Made by a program: the position numbers and the translations under genes | From: an uncultured Oscillospiraceae bacterium | Lineage (GTDB): Bacteria > Bacillota > Clostridia > Oscillospirales > Ruminococcaceae | Length of the DNA stretch: 64,000 nt | Assembly (NCBI GenBank): GCA_964550985.1 | Contig: CAZKBM010000006.1 | Coordinates: 10,642-74,641, forward strand | Direction of reading: 5' to 3' | Shown here: positions 34,363 to 42,602 of the stretch, piece after piece | Layout of the letters: each line of letters opens with the position of its first letter | Numbering within the stretch: position 1 is the first letter of the stretch | Notes under the pieces: generated by a model | What the model was told of the DNA's origin: nothing | Database searches by the model: none | What the model saw: the letters and a program-made list of their open reading frames with translations, nothing else

Positions 34363-36471
34363 CTATTTGCCGGTTATTTGCTCTCCGGCCAATACAAAAT
34401 CCACATTCCCCTGCGAAATATCTACCCCAGCCACCCGCACGCGCAGGGTGTCGCCCAGGCGGTAGCTTTTACCCGCGTGTGGGTCGCTCAGCGAGACGCC
34501 CTCCACCAGTTCCATATGGCCTTCACTCAAGTGGCTGATGTGGATGAGGCCCTCCACACTGTTTTCCAGTTCCACATAGATGCCGAAACGCACCACCGAG
34601 GAGACCACACCGTCAAAGTCTTGCCCGATGTAAGCTTTCATGTATTCGGCCTTATAGGCGTCGTCACAGGCGCGTTCCACCTGCTGGGCCCTCACCTCAC
34701 ACTCTGAAGAATGGGCCGAGGCCTCCCCGCAGAAGGTTTTATACTTTTTGGTGATTTGGGCGGGGTTTTCCCCTGCGGCCACATCGCCCAAAATGCGGTG
34801 AATGGCAAGGTCTGGGTAGCGGCGAATGGGGGAGGTGAAGTGGGCATAATCCTCCAGCGCAAGGCCAAAATGCCCTTTGGGCAGGGGCTCGTAAGCGGCC
34901 TTTGCCATACTGCGCAGCACCCCCTGGTGCACCGGGCGCTCTAAATTTGTGCCGCGGGTTTTATCCAGCAACCCGGCCAATTCCTTTTGGGTGGGCACCT
35001 CGCCCCCAAAGTGGTACTCCACCCCGGCTGCTTTTAACAGGGCCTTCAAGTTCTCCAGCTTATCACCCGAGGGTTTATCGTGCACACGGTAGATAAAGGG
35101 GATATCCAGCCGCCTTGCCTGGTGGGCCGCAGAGGTGTTGGCCAGCAGCATAAATTCTTCAATCATCTTTTCCGCGTCGCCCCGGCTGCGTTTTTCCACC
35201 CCGGTGCAGCGCCCCTCTTCGTTTATGGTCAGCTTGGGCTCGTCGCTCTCAATTTCCAGGTTGCCGCGCGCCGCGCGCAGTTTTACCAGTTTTTCATAAA
35301 TCTCCCGCATCACAAGCAGGCCGTCCTGCACCTCGGCGTATTTGGCCAGGGTTTCCTCCTCGGCTTCCCCGGCAAACAGGGTGTTTATCTCTTCATACAC
35401 ACCCTTAACCCGGCTGCGGATGACGGTTTTAAAAAAGCGGTAGTCCAAAAGGCGAGCGTCGGCGTCCAGCGTCATAATGCAGGAAAACGCCAGGCGTTCC
35501 TCCCCAGGGTTTAGGCTGCATATGCCGTTGGAAAGCTGCTTTGGCAACATGGGGATGACGCTATCGGCATAGTAGATAGAGGTTCCCCGGCTAAAAGCCT
35601 CTTCGTCCAGCTTGCTTTTGGGCCGCACATAGTGGCTCACATCCGCAATATGCACCGAGAGGCGGTAGCCGTCCAGCACGCGTTTTGCGCTGATGGCGTC
35701 GTCGATATCTTTGGTGGAGGCGGAGTCGATGGTGAAGATGGCCTCCCCACGCAAATCCTTGCGGTTTTTCATCTCCTCTTTTGTGATGGCCATGGCGGCC
35801 ACCTGCTTTGCCTCTTCTTTCACCTCGGCAGAAAAAGATTTTTCCACCCCTGCACCATATAAAATGGCCTTGGCGCAGCGGCGGGCAGAATCGGCCGAGC
35901 CAAAGCGCAAGGTGATACCCACCCGGTGCTGCTCATGCCGCTCTCCCCGTTCTAAAATAACCCCAGCGGCCTTTTCCCCCTCTTTTACACCGCCGTCGGC
36001 GCTTTTTAAAATTTTCAGGGGGGTATCTTTTGCATTATCGGGCACAAGGCACAGGGCGCCATCTTCCATGCGCACCGTGCCCACCAATTGGTTGTTGGGT
36101 TTTATAATGGCGTCCACTTCGCCCTCGCGGCTGTTTTCAAAACGGGGGTAACTGCTCAGGGTAAGCTCCACCTCATCGCCGGGCATGGCCCCTTGCAGGC
36201 TGTGCCCGGGCACAAAAACATCCCCGCTGCCGTCCAGCGGGCGCACAAAACCAAACGAGCGCCCCAGCTTGGTAAGCTGCCCGCGTAAAACTTCGCCGTT
36301 TGGGGCGGCCAAAGTGTACATCCCCTTTTGGGCTTTCACCTTGCCCTCATCGGCCAGTTCTAACAGCGCCCGGTGCACCTTTTTGCGGTCCGCCCCCACG
36401 GCGGCGCGCAGCTGTTTTTCAGAGGCGTCTTTTGCGGCCAGCTTTTTTAGCAGGCTAGATTTTAAAGACAT
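34363..36471 (-). CDS. rnr: Ribonuclease R
   Basis: Cold-shock/OB N-terminus, RNB domain (TIDSASTKDIDDAIS, HFGLA...YAHFTSPIRRYPDL) and C-terminal S1 domain. ATG at 36471 has an AAAGGAA RBS. Confidence 0.93.
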   Translation of the reverse strand: MSLKSSLLKKLAAKDASEKQLRAAVGADRKKVHRALLELADEGKVKAQKGMYTLAAPNGEVLRGQLTKLGRSFGFVRPLDGSGDVFVPGHSLQGAMPGDEVELTLSSYPRFENSREGEVDAIIKPNNQLVGTVRMEDGALCLVPDNAKDTPLKILKSADGGVKEGEKAAGVILERGERHEQHRVGITLRFGSADSARRCAKAILYGAGVEKSFSAEVKEEAKQVAAMAITKEEMKNRKDLRGEAIFTIDSASTKDIDDAISAKRVLDGYRLSVHIADVSHYVRPKSKLDEEAFSRGTSIYYADSVIPMLPKQLSNGICSLNPGEERLAFSCIMTLDADARLLDYRFFKTVIRSRVKGVYEEINTLFAGEAEEETLAKYAEVQDGLLVMREIYEKLVKLRAARGNLEIESDEPKLTINEEGRCTGVEKRSRGDAEKMIEEFMLLANTSAAHQARRLDIPFIYRVHDKPSGDKLENLKALLKAAGVEYHFGGEVPTQKELAGLLDKTRGTNLERPVHQGVLRSMAKAAYEPLPKGHFGLALEDYAHFTSPIRRYPDLAIHRILGDVAAGENPAQITKKYKTFCGEASAHSSECEVRAQQVERACDDAYKAEYMKAYIGQDFDGVVSSVVRFGIYVELENSVEGLIHISHLSEGHMELVEGVSLSDPHAGKSYRLGDTLRVRVAGVDISQGNVDFVLAGEQITGK

Positions 36472-36544
36472 AAAGCAATTCCTTTCTTGTTGGCAAAACA
36501 AAAAGCGGCTTTGGCGCAAAATGGGCCTTTGGCCCGCCTACCTG

Positions 36545-36581
36545 TAAAAAAGCGCCTTGAAACTTTACATTTCAAGGCGCT
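36545..36581 (-). terminator. Intrinsic terminator after secG
   Basis: Minus strand reads AGCGCCTTGAAA-loop-TTTCAAGGCGCT followed by TTTTTT. Confidence 0.65.
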
Positions 36582-36596
36582 AAAGGGCATATTGAC

Positions 36597-36845
36597 TTAG
36601 GGGCGCAGGGCGCTGATAACGTTTACCAAAATGATAATAACAAACAGTGCCACGGCCAATATCTTGGTAGCCTTGGCCTGGCGCGCCTCTTTGGAGCGCG
36701 AACGGGACTCGCCGCTCATCATCTCGGTGCCCGTGATGACGCTGGAAAGGCCGCCGCCCTTGGAATCTTGCATCAGAATAACAAATGTGATGATAGCACA
36801 GACCAGTAGGGCCACACACCCCACAATGATTTCAACAACAGACAT
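36597..36845 (-). CDS. secG: Preprotein translocase subunit SecG
   Basis: 82 aa with two TM helices flanking LMQDSKGGGLSS. GGAGGTG RBS before the ATG at 36845. Confidence 0.85.
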   Translation of the reverse strand: MSVVEIIVGCVALLVCAIITFVILMQDSKGGGLSSVITGTEMMSGESRSRSKEARQAKATKILAVALFVIIILVNVISALRP

Positions 36846-36873
36846 GACACACCTCCACAAATCTACACGCTAA

Positions 36874-36902
36874 AGTATAGCATACGCTGCGGCAAAAAGC
36901 AA
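36874..36902 (-). promoter_or_regulatory. Candidate sigma-A promoter for secG
   Basis: Minus strand reads TTGCTT-17 nt-(TGC)TATACT, an extended -10, ~30 nt upstream of the secG start. Confidence 0.45.
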
Positions 36903-37029
36903 ATAAAATCTAGCCGGTACAGCGCACCAGGCGGCGCCTCTTTCGTGCTTTTGCGCTGTTTTCCGCCGGGCCTATGTCCGCCATGCAAATTTATGCTACA
37001 ATACCTACAAAACCACCGAATGCAGCGCC

Positions 37030-37053
37030 TACAGCATTTGAACAAATGCTGTA
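37030..37053. repeat. Perfect 24-nt palindrome TACAGCATTTGAACAAATGCTGTA, copy B
   Basis: Identical to copies A and C. Lies in the divergent secG/sortase region, ~30 nt downstream of a TGCTACAAT extended -10 (36994-37002) facing the sortase gene. Confidence 0.9.
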
Positions 37054-37111
37054 AATACAGGCCAAAGCCGGGCGCTGCCTTTGCCAAAACCCCTGTCGAA
37101 AGGATACCCTT

Positions 37112-37888
37112 ATGCCAAAAAACCTGTTGCGTAAAAAATACCTATTGCCCGGCCTTTGCACACTTTTGGCCGCCCTGCTGTGCGCCTGCGGCGGGGCCTC
37201 GTCTTCCTCTTCTATGCTTCAGCCGCCCCCGCCGCCTGCCCCTGCTTCCTCCTCAACGCCACCGAGTTCTTCCCTGGCTTTGCCGCAGCCCTACCGCTCC
37301 CCTATTGATTTTACAGCGCTGCAGGCCCAAAACCCCGACATCTACGCCTGGATACGCATAGAGGGCACAAACGTGGACTACCCCATACTGCGCAAACCCG
37401 GAGATGACGACTACTATCTGCGCCGGGATGTGCAGGGGCAGGAATCTTTGGACGGGGCCATATACACCCAGGCCAGCTATAATGGCGACGATTTTAGCGA
37501 CCCGCATACCGTGATTTACGGCCACAACATGGAGGCTTTCAGCGGGGAGATGTTCAGCCAGGTACATCGCTACCAGGAGGAGGCTTTTTTTAACGCCCAC
37601 CGCGAGGTGGTGGTTTACCTGCCCCAAAAAGAACTGCACTACAGGGTGTTTGCCGCCTATGAGTGGAACGACGAACACCTATTGTACAGCCATAACCCCG
37701 AGGACGGCACGGCCTATGCCGCCTATTTGGAGAATATATTAGAAAACCAGGACGAGGCGGCTATCCTAGACGAAAGCACCCGCCTTAGCGCCGACGACAA
37801 GATGCTCACCCTCTCCACCTGTGCCTCCTCCTTCCCCACCGCCCGGCGCTTTTTGGTGCAGGCTTTGCTGGCTAAGGTGGCAGAGTAG
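37112..37888 (+). CDS. Class B-like sortase with lipoprotein-type signal peptide and S/P-rich linker
   Basis: IYGHNM (catalytic His), TLSTC (TLxTC Cys) and a downstream Arg (ARRF). The N-terminus LLAALLCAC is followed by SSSSS..PPPPPAPASSS. Confidence 0.8.
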   Translation: MPKNLLRKKYLLPGLCTLLAALLCACGGASSSSSMLQPPPPPAPASSSTPPSSSLALPQPYRSPIDFTALQAQNPDIYAWIRIEGTNVDYPILRKPGDDDYYLRRDVQGQESLDGAIYTQASYNGDDFSDPHTVIYGHNMEAFSGEMFSQVHRYQEEAFFNAHREVVVYLPQKELHYRVFAAYEWNDEHLLYSHNPEDGTAYAAYLENILENQDEAAILDESTRLSADDKMLTLSTCASSFPTARRFLVQALLAKVAE

Positions 37889-38001
37889 CAAGGCGCTTTT
37901 ACAGGCAATCACAATAACTCCTCATTTAAAGCCATCAAAAAATCACTTGCCCCACGGGCTCTTCTTTTTTTTTAAAAACAGTTGTTGGGTGAAGCACCCA
38001 C

Positions 38002-40266
38002 TTATTGGTCGGGCGCTTCCAGCGTAATCTGCTCTACCAAATCCTCTGGCCGCAACAATGCGCCTACGGCGGGCAGGCTGCGCACCCGGTAGCGGTGCTC
38101 GTCGCGCAGTTCCATCTGCCCGGCGCGCTGCACCAGACGCACGCTTTGACCTTTTTTTAGGGTGATAACATTTACCCCGGCGGTATTTTTGGTGGTCTTT
38201 TGTGCAATTTGGGCCGTGCCCACCAGCAAAAGTCGCCCGCCCGAGGTTTGAATGGCAATCTCGGTCTCCTCGGCAAAATTTTCTAGCCATACCAGGGGGG
38301 CTTTGTCGCTGTAGGCGTTGATGAGCTTACGGCGGTTTTGTTTTGTGGCATAACTGCTAAGCGGCACCTTGGCAACCTTTCCGTTTTGGAACAGGAAAAG
38401 CATAAAACCGCTGTAATCATCGGTAAGCACCAGGGTAAGGGGCAGTTCCCCTTCATCCATGGAGAGGCGCGCGGGCAGGTAGTCCCCCATCAAGCTGGCC
38501 TTGCCGTCCTCAAACTCGCCCACCCGGCTTTTATACACCTGGCAGCGGTTTGTAAACACCAGCATTTCGGCGGTGTTATGGCTCTCCAGGCGCATCACCA
38601 CCTCATCCCCCTCTTTCAGCTTCTGCTCACCGCTCATTCTAAGCGATTGCGGGGTGATTTTTTTATAGTAGCCCTCCCGCGTAAAGAACACCGTCACGGG
38701 GTAATCCGGCAAGTTGTCCTCTTCGGCCTCGGCCTCCTCCTCGTGCAGGTCATACAAAATTTCGGTTTGGCGGGGTTTGGCATATTTTTTCTTTACGGCT
38801 TCCAGCTCGGTAACAATAATCTTTTTCACGCGCTGGGGGCTTTTCAGTGTCTCCTCTAAATCGGATATCTCCCCTTCCAGGCCATCAATCTCCTCGGTAC
38901 GCTTTAAGATATATTCCCGGTTCAGGTGGCGCAGGCGTATTTCAGCCACATAGTCGGCCTGTTCTTTATCAATGCCAAAACCAATCATCAAATTGGGAAT
39001 GACCTCGGCGTCCTGCTGGGTTTCGCGCACAATCCGCACGGCTTTATCAATATCCAGCAAAATGGCGGCAAGCCCTTTTAACAGGTGCATCCGCTTTTTT
39101 TTGCCCGCCAGTTCAAAACTAACCCGCCTGCGCACGCAGTCTGTGCGGAAGGCCATCCACTCGGTTAAAATCTCCCGCACGCCCATCACGCGGGGCATAC
39201 CGCCAATTAAAATATTGAAGTTGGCCGAAAAATTATCCTCCAGCGGGGTAAGGCGCAATAGCTTTGCCATCAATTTTTCGGGGTTTTGGCCGCGTTTTAA
39301 ATCCAGGGTAAGTTTCAGGCCGTTCAGGTCGGTCTCATCGCGCATATCGTTTACTTCTTTTACCCGGCCATCCTTTACAAGGTCCTGAATTTTATCCATG
39401 ATGGCTTCCACCGTGGTGGTGGGGGGAATTTCGGTCACCTCTATCATATTCCCTTCGGGCTGGTAGGCCCATTTGGCCCGTACCCGCACGCAGCCTCGGC
39501 CGGTGGCAATGATGTTTTCTATTTCGGCCTCATTGTACAAAATGGTGCCCCCACCCGTAAAATCCGGCGCGGGCAGGGTGGTTTTGATGTCATGGTTTTC
39601 ATCCTTTAAAAGGGCCACCGTAGTTTCGCACAGTTCGGCCAGGTTGTAAGAGCAGATATTGGAGGCCATGCCCACCGCAATACCCAGGGTGTTGTTGGCC
39701 AAAATGGAGGGAAAGGTTACGGGCAAAAGGGTAGGCTCCTCGGTGGTGGCGTCGTAGTTCGGCACAAAATCTACCGTCTCTTTGTCTATATCCCGAAAAA
39801 GCTCCTCGCACACAGCCTCCAGTTTTGCCTCGGTATAGCGCGAGGCCGCCGAGGCCATATCCCGGCTGTAGGCCTTGCCAAAGTTGCCCTTGGAATCCAC
39901 ATAGGGCAGCAGCAAACTCTCGTTACCGCGGGCAAGGCGCACCATGGTATCGTAAATGGCGGCGTCGCCATGGGGGTTTAGGTGCATGGTGGCCCCCACA
40001 ATGTTGGCGCTTTTTGTACGGCCCCCCTTTAAAAGCCCCATATCGTACATGGTGTACAGCAGTTTGCGGTGGGCGGGTTTAAAACCGTCAATTTCGGGCA
40101 GGGCCCGTGAGACTATAACGCTCATAGCATAGGGCATGTAGTTATCTTCCAGCGTTTGGGTAATGCCGGTCTCCATCACCACACCCGCCTCGGGTATCAC
40201 CACATTATCGCCCAGTTGCGGGCGTAAGAGTTTTTTTGCCCCGTCGCTCTTCTTCTTTTTCGCCAA
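38002..40266 (-). CDS. Type IIA DNA topoisomerase subunit A (ParC-like; no GyrA box seen)
   Basis: 754 aa with SVIVSRALPEIDGFKPAHRKLLYTM, the active-site region AASRYTEAKL, and a beta-pinwheel CTD. TTG start after a GAGGAAG RBS. Confidence 0.85.
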   Translation of the reverse strand: MAKKKKSDGAKKLLRPQLGDNVVIPEAGVVMETGITQTLEDNYMPYAMSVIVSRALPEIDGFKPAHRKLLYTMYDMGLLKGGRTKSANIVGATMHLNPHGDAAIYDTMVRLARGNESLLLPYVDSKGNFGKAYSRDMASAASRYTEAKLEAVCEELFRDIDKETVDFVPNYDATTEEPTLLPVTFPSILANNTLGIAVGMASNICSYNLAELCETTVALLKDENHDIKTTLPAPDFTGGGTILYNEAEIENIIATGRGCVRVRAKWAYQPEGNMIEVTEIPPTTTVEAIMDKIQDLVKDGRVKEVNDMRDETDLNGLKLTLDLKRGQNPEKLMAKLLRLTPLEDNFSANFNILIGGMPRVMGVREILTEWMAFRTDCVRRRVSFELAGKKKRMHLLKGLAAILLDIDKAVRIVRETQQDAEVIPNLMIGFGIDKEQADYVAEIRLRHLNREYILKRTEEIDGLEGEISDLEETLKSPQRVKKIIVTELEAVKKKYAKPRQTEILYDLHEEEAEAEEDNLPDYPVTVFFTREGYYKKITPQSLRMSGEQKLKEGDEVVMRLESHNTAEMLVFTNRCQVYKSRVGEFEDGKASLMGDYLPARLSMDEGELPLTLVLTDDYSGFMLFLFQNGKVAKVPLSSYATKQNRRKLINAYSDKAPLVWLENFAEETEIAIQTSGGRLLLVGTAQIAQKTTKNTAGVNVITLKKGQSVRLVQRAGQMELRDEHRYRVRSLPAVGALLRPEDLVEQITLEAPDQ

Positions 40267-40405
40267 GTTTCTTCCTCGCTTTTGGGCGGGTATCCGCAGC
40301 TACCGCCGGGCGTTCTGCCGCCGCATTTAAGTAAATAATTTTATTAATTATCGACATTTATATATGTTAAGTTTTAACGCTTTACAGGCAATTTGCCGGT
40401 AAATT

Positions 40406-42397
40406 TTACGATACATCCAACTCATCTAAATACTCATAGCCGTGTTTGGCTATGTGTTCTTTACGCCCGGCCAGGTTATCGCCCAAAAGCAGGTCAAACA
40501 CCTGCGAGGTACGCTCGGCATCCTCGGGGGTCACTTTAATCAGGCGGCGGCTCTCGGGGTTCATGGTGGTAAGCCACATCATCTCGCTGTCGTTTTCGCC
40601 CAGGCCCTTGCTGCGTTGCAGCCCCACCTTGGCCCCCGAAGGGATTTTTTTCAGTATCTCGGCCTTTTCGCTTTCGCTGTAGGCAAAATAGGTTTTGTCC
40701 TTGGCGTTTATCTCATACAAGGGGCTTTCGGCAATATAGATATAGCCCTCGGTAATCAAGGTGGGTACCAGCCGGTAAATCATGGTGAGGATAAGGGTGC
40801 GGATTTGAAAACCGTCCACGTCGGCGTCGGTACAGATAATCACCTTGTTCCAGCGTAATGCGTTGATATCAAAGGTGGCGAGGTCCTTGCGGCTTTTGCC
40901 GCCGCTCAGCTCCACCCCGCAGCCCAGTACCTTAACCAAATCTGTGATGATTTCGCTTTTGAAAATCCGGCTATAGTCAGCTTTCAGGCAGTTGAGAATT
41001 TTACCGCGCACCGGCATGATGGCCTGAAACTCTGAATCCCGGCTGGTTTTCACCGCCCCTAAGGCCGAATCACCCTCCACGATGTAAATTTCACGCCGGG
41101 CGGGGTCCTTGCTGCGGCAATCCACAAACTTCTGCACGCGGTTAGCAATGTCCATCTGGGTGGAGATGGTTTTTTTCAGGCTCTGCCGGGTTTTTTCGGC
41201 GTGCTCGCGGCTCTGCTTATTCACCAGCACCTGCTGGGCAATTTTTTGGGCCTCGTCGGGCTTTTCAATAAAATATACTTCCAGGTTATGCTTTAAAAAC
41301 TCGGTTAAGGCCTGGGCAATAAAGCGGTTGGTAATGGCTTTTTTGGTTTGGTTTTCGTAACTGGTGATGGTGGAAAAAGACGAGGAGATGTAAATTAAAC
41401 AGTCCTGAATATCGGTAAAGGTGATGCGGCTTTCATCTTTTTTATACATGCCCTTTTGGCGCAGATAGGCGTCAATTTGGTTTACAAAGGCCGTTTTTAC
41501 GGCCCGTTCAGGGCTGCCGCCATGTTCCAGAAAGCTGGAGTTGTGGTAGTACTCAATCAGCTGCGTTTTGTTCGAAAAACAAAATGCGGCACTCATCTTC
41601 ACCTTGTATTCGGGGCGGTCCTCCCGGTCTCGCCCTTCGGCCGTGCCATTCACGGCAATCACCGGGGTAAAGGCGTCCTGCCCCGCCAACTCCTCCACAA
41701 AGTCGCTGATGCCGTTTTCGTAGTAAAATTCCTGCTTTTTCGCGTCCCCTTCAGCCGTCTCATCTTCAAACACAAAACGTACTCCGGCGTTTACAACGGC
41801 CTGGCGCATTAAAATATCGGTAAAATACTCACGGGGTACGTTGATATCGGTAAAAACGTCCAGGTCGGGCTTCCAGCGTATCAGGGTGCCGGTACGTTTC
41901 AAACGGGTGGGCTCGCTTTGCAGCCCCCCAACGTTTTCTCCCTTTTTAAATTCCAGGTGGTAGTGCGTCTCATCGCGCCAAACGTCGGCGGTCATCCATT
42001 CGCTGGCGTACTGAGTGGCCGTTAGGCCCAGGCCATTCAAACCCAGCGAGTACTCGTAACCATCCTCATTTTGGCCATATTTGCCGCCGGCATACAGTTC
42101 GGTAAATACCAGTTCCCAGTTATAACGGCCTTCGTTTTGGTTAAAATCCACCGGGATGCCCCGGGCCAAATCCTCTACGGCATAGCTGCCATCTTTATAT
42201 TTTGTAACGGTGATGGTTTCGCCAAAGCCACCACGGGCCTCGTCGATGGAGTTTGAGAGGATTTCAAAAATGGAGTGCTCGCACCCCTCCAGCCCGTCGG
42301 ACCCAAAAATGACGCCGGGGCGTTTACGCACCCGGTCGGCCCCTTTCAGGCTGGTAATACTTTCGTTATCGTATGCTGCAGCTTGCTTTTTGGGCAT
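40406..42397 (-). CDS. Type IIA DNA topoisomerase subunit B (ParE-like)
   Basis: GHKL ATPase (EILSNSIDEA, GLNGLG), Toprim (EIYIVEGDSALG, ICTDADVDGFQI) and a C-terminal tail. GGAGGAAG RBS. Confidence 0.88.
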   Translation of the reverse strand: MPKKQAAAYDNESITSLKGADRVRKRPGVIFGSDGLEGCEHSIFEILSNSIDEARGGFGETITVTKYKDGSYAVEDLARGIPVDFNQNEGRYNWELVFTELYAGGKYGQNEDGYEYSLGLNGLGLTATQYASEWMTADVWRDETHYHLEFKKGENVGGLQSEPTRLKRTGTLIRWKPDLDVFTDINVPREYFTDILMRQAVVNAGVRFVFEDETAEGDAKKQEFYYENGISDFVEELAGQDAFTPVIAVNGTAEGRDREDRPEYKVKMSAAFCFSNKTQLIEYYHNSSFLEHGGSPERAVKTAFVNQIDAYLRQKGMYKKDESRITFTDIQDCLIYISSSFSTITSYENQTKKAITNRFIAQALTEFLKHNLEVYFIEKPDEAQKIAQQVLVNKQSREHAEKTRQSLKKTISTQMDIANRVQKFVDCRSKDPARREIYIVEGDSALGAVKTSRDSEFQAIMPVRGKILNCLKADYSRIFKSEIITDLVKVLGCGVELSGGKSRKDLATFDINALRWNKVIICTDADVDGFQIRTLILTMIYRLVPTLITEGYIYIAESPLYEINAKDKTYFAYSESEKAEILKKIPSGAKVGLQRSKGLGENDSEMMWLTTMNPESRRLIKVTPEDAERTSQVFDLLLGDNLAGRKEHIAKHGYEYLDELDVS

Positions 42398-42478
42398 GTT
42401 CTTCCTCCGTGGTTGGTCTAATGTTTACAGGGCCCGTGCTATTTGCCGCAGCCCCTTCCCCGCCAAAACGGCGCCCCT

Positions 42479-42502
42479 TACAGCATTTGAACAAATGCTG
42501 TA
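42479..42502. repeat. Perfect 24-nt palindrome TACAGCATTTGAACAAATGCTGTA, copy C
   Basis: Identical to copies A and B. Lies between the ftsH terminator hairpin and the parE-like start (~82 nt upstream of its ATG). Confidence 0.9.
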
Positions 42503-42565
42503 ATTGGTGGTTTGCATGATATGTATTTGTGTAACCAACAGGGTACGGGCTTATTGTCTCATGCA

Positions 42566-42594
42566 ATCTCCGCGGGCAAGTTTGCCCGCGGAGA
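42566..42594 (-). terminator. Terminator-like GC-rich hairpin immediately after ftsH
   Basis: TCTCCGCGGGC-aagtt-GCCCGCGGAGA (11-bp stem). The U-tract is weak on the minus strand; ATTTTGG follows on the plus strand. Confidence 0.5.
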
Positions 42595-42602
42595 GATTTT
42601 GG

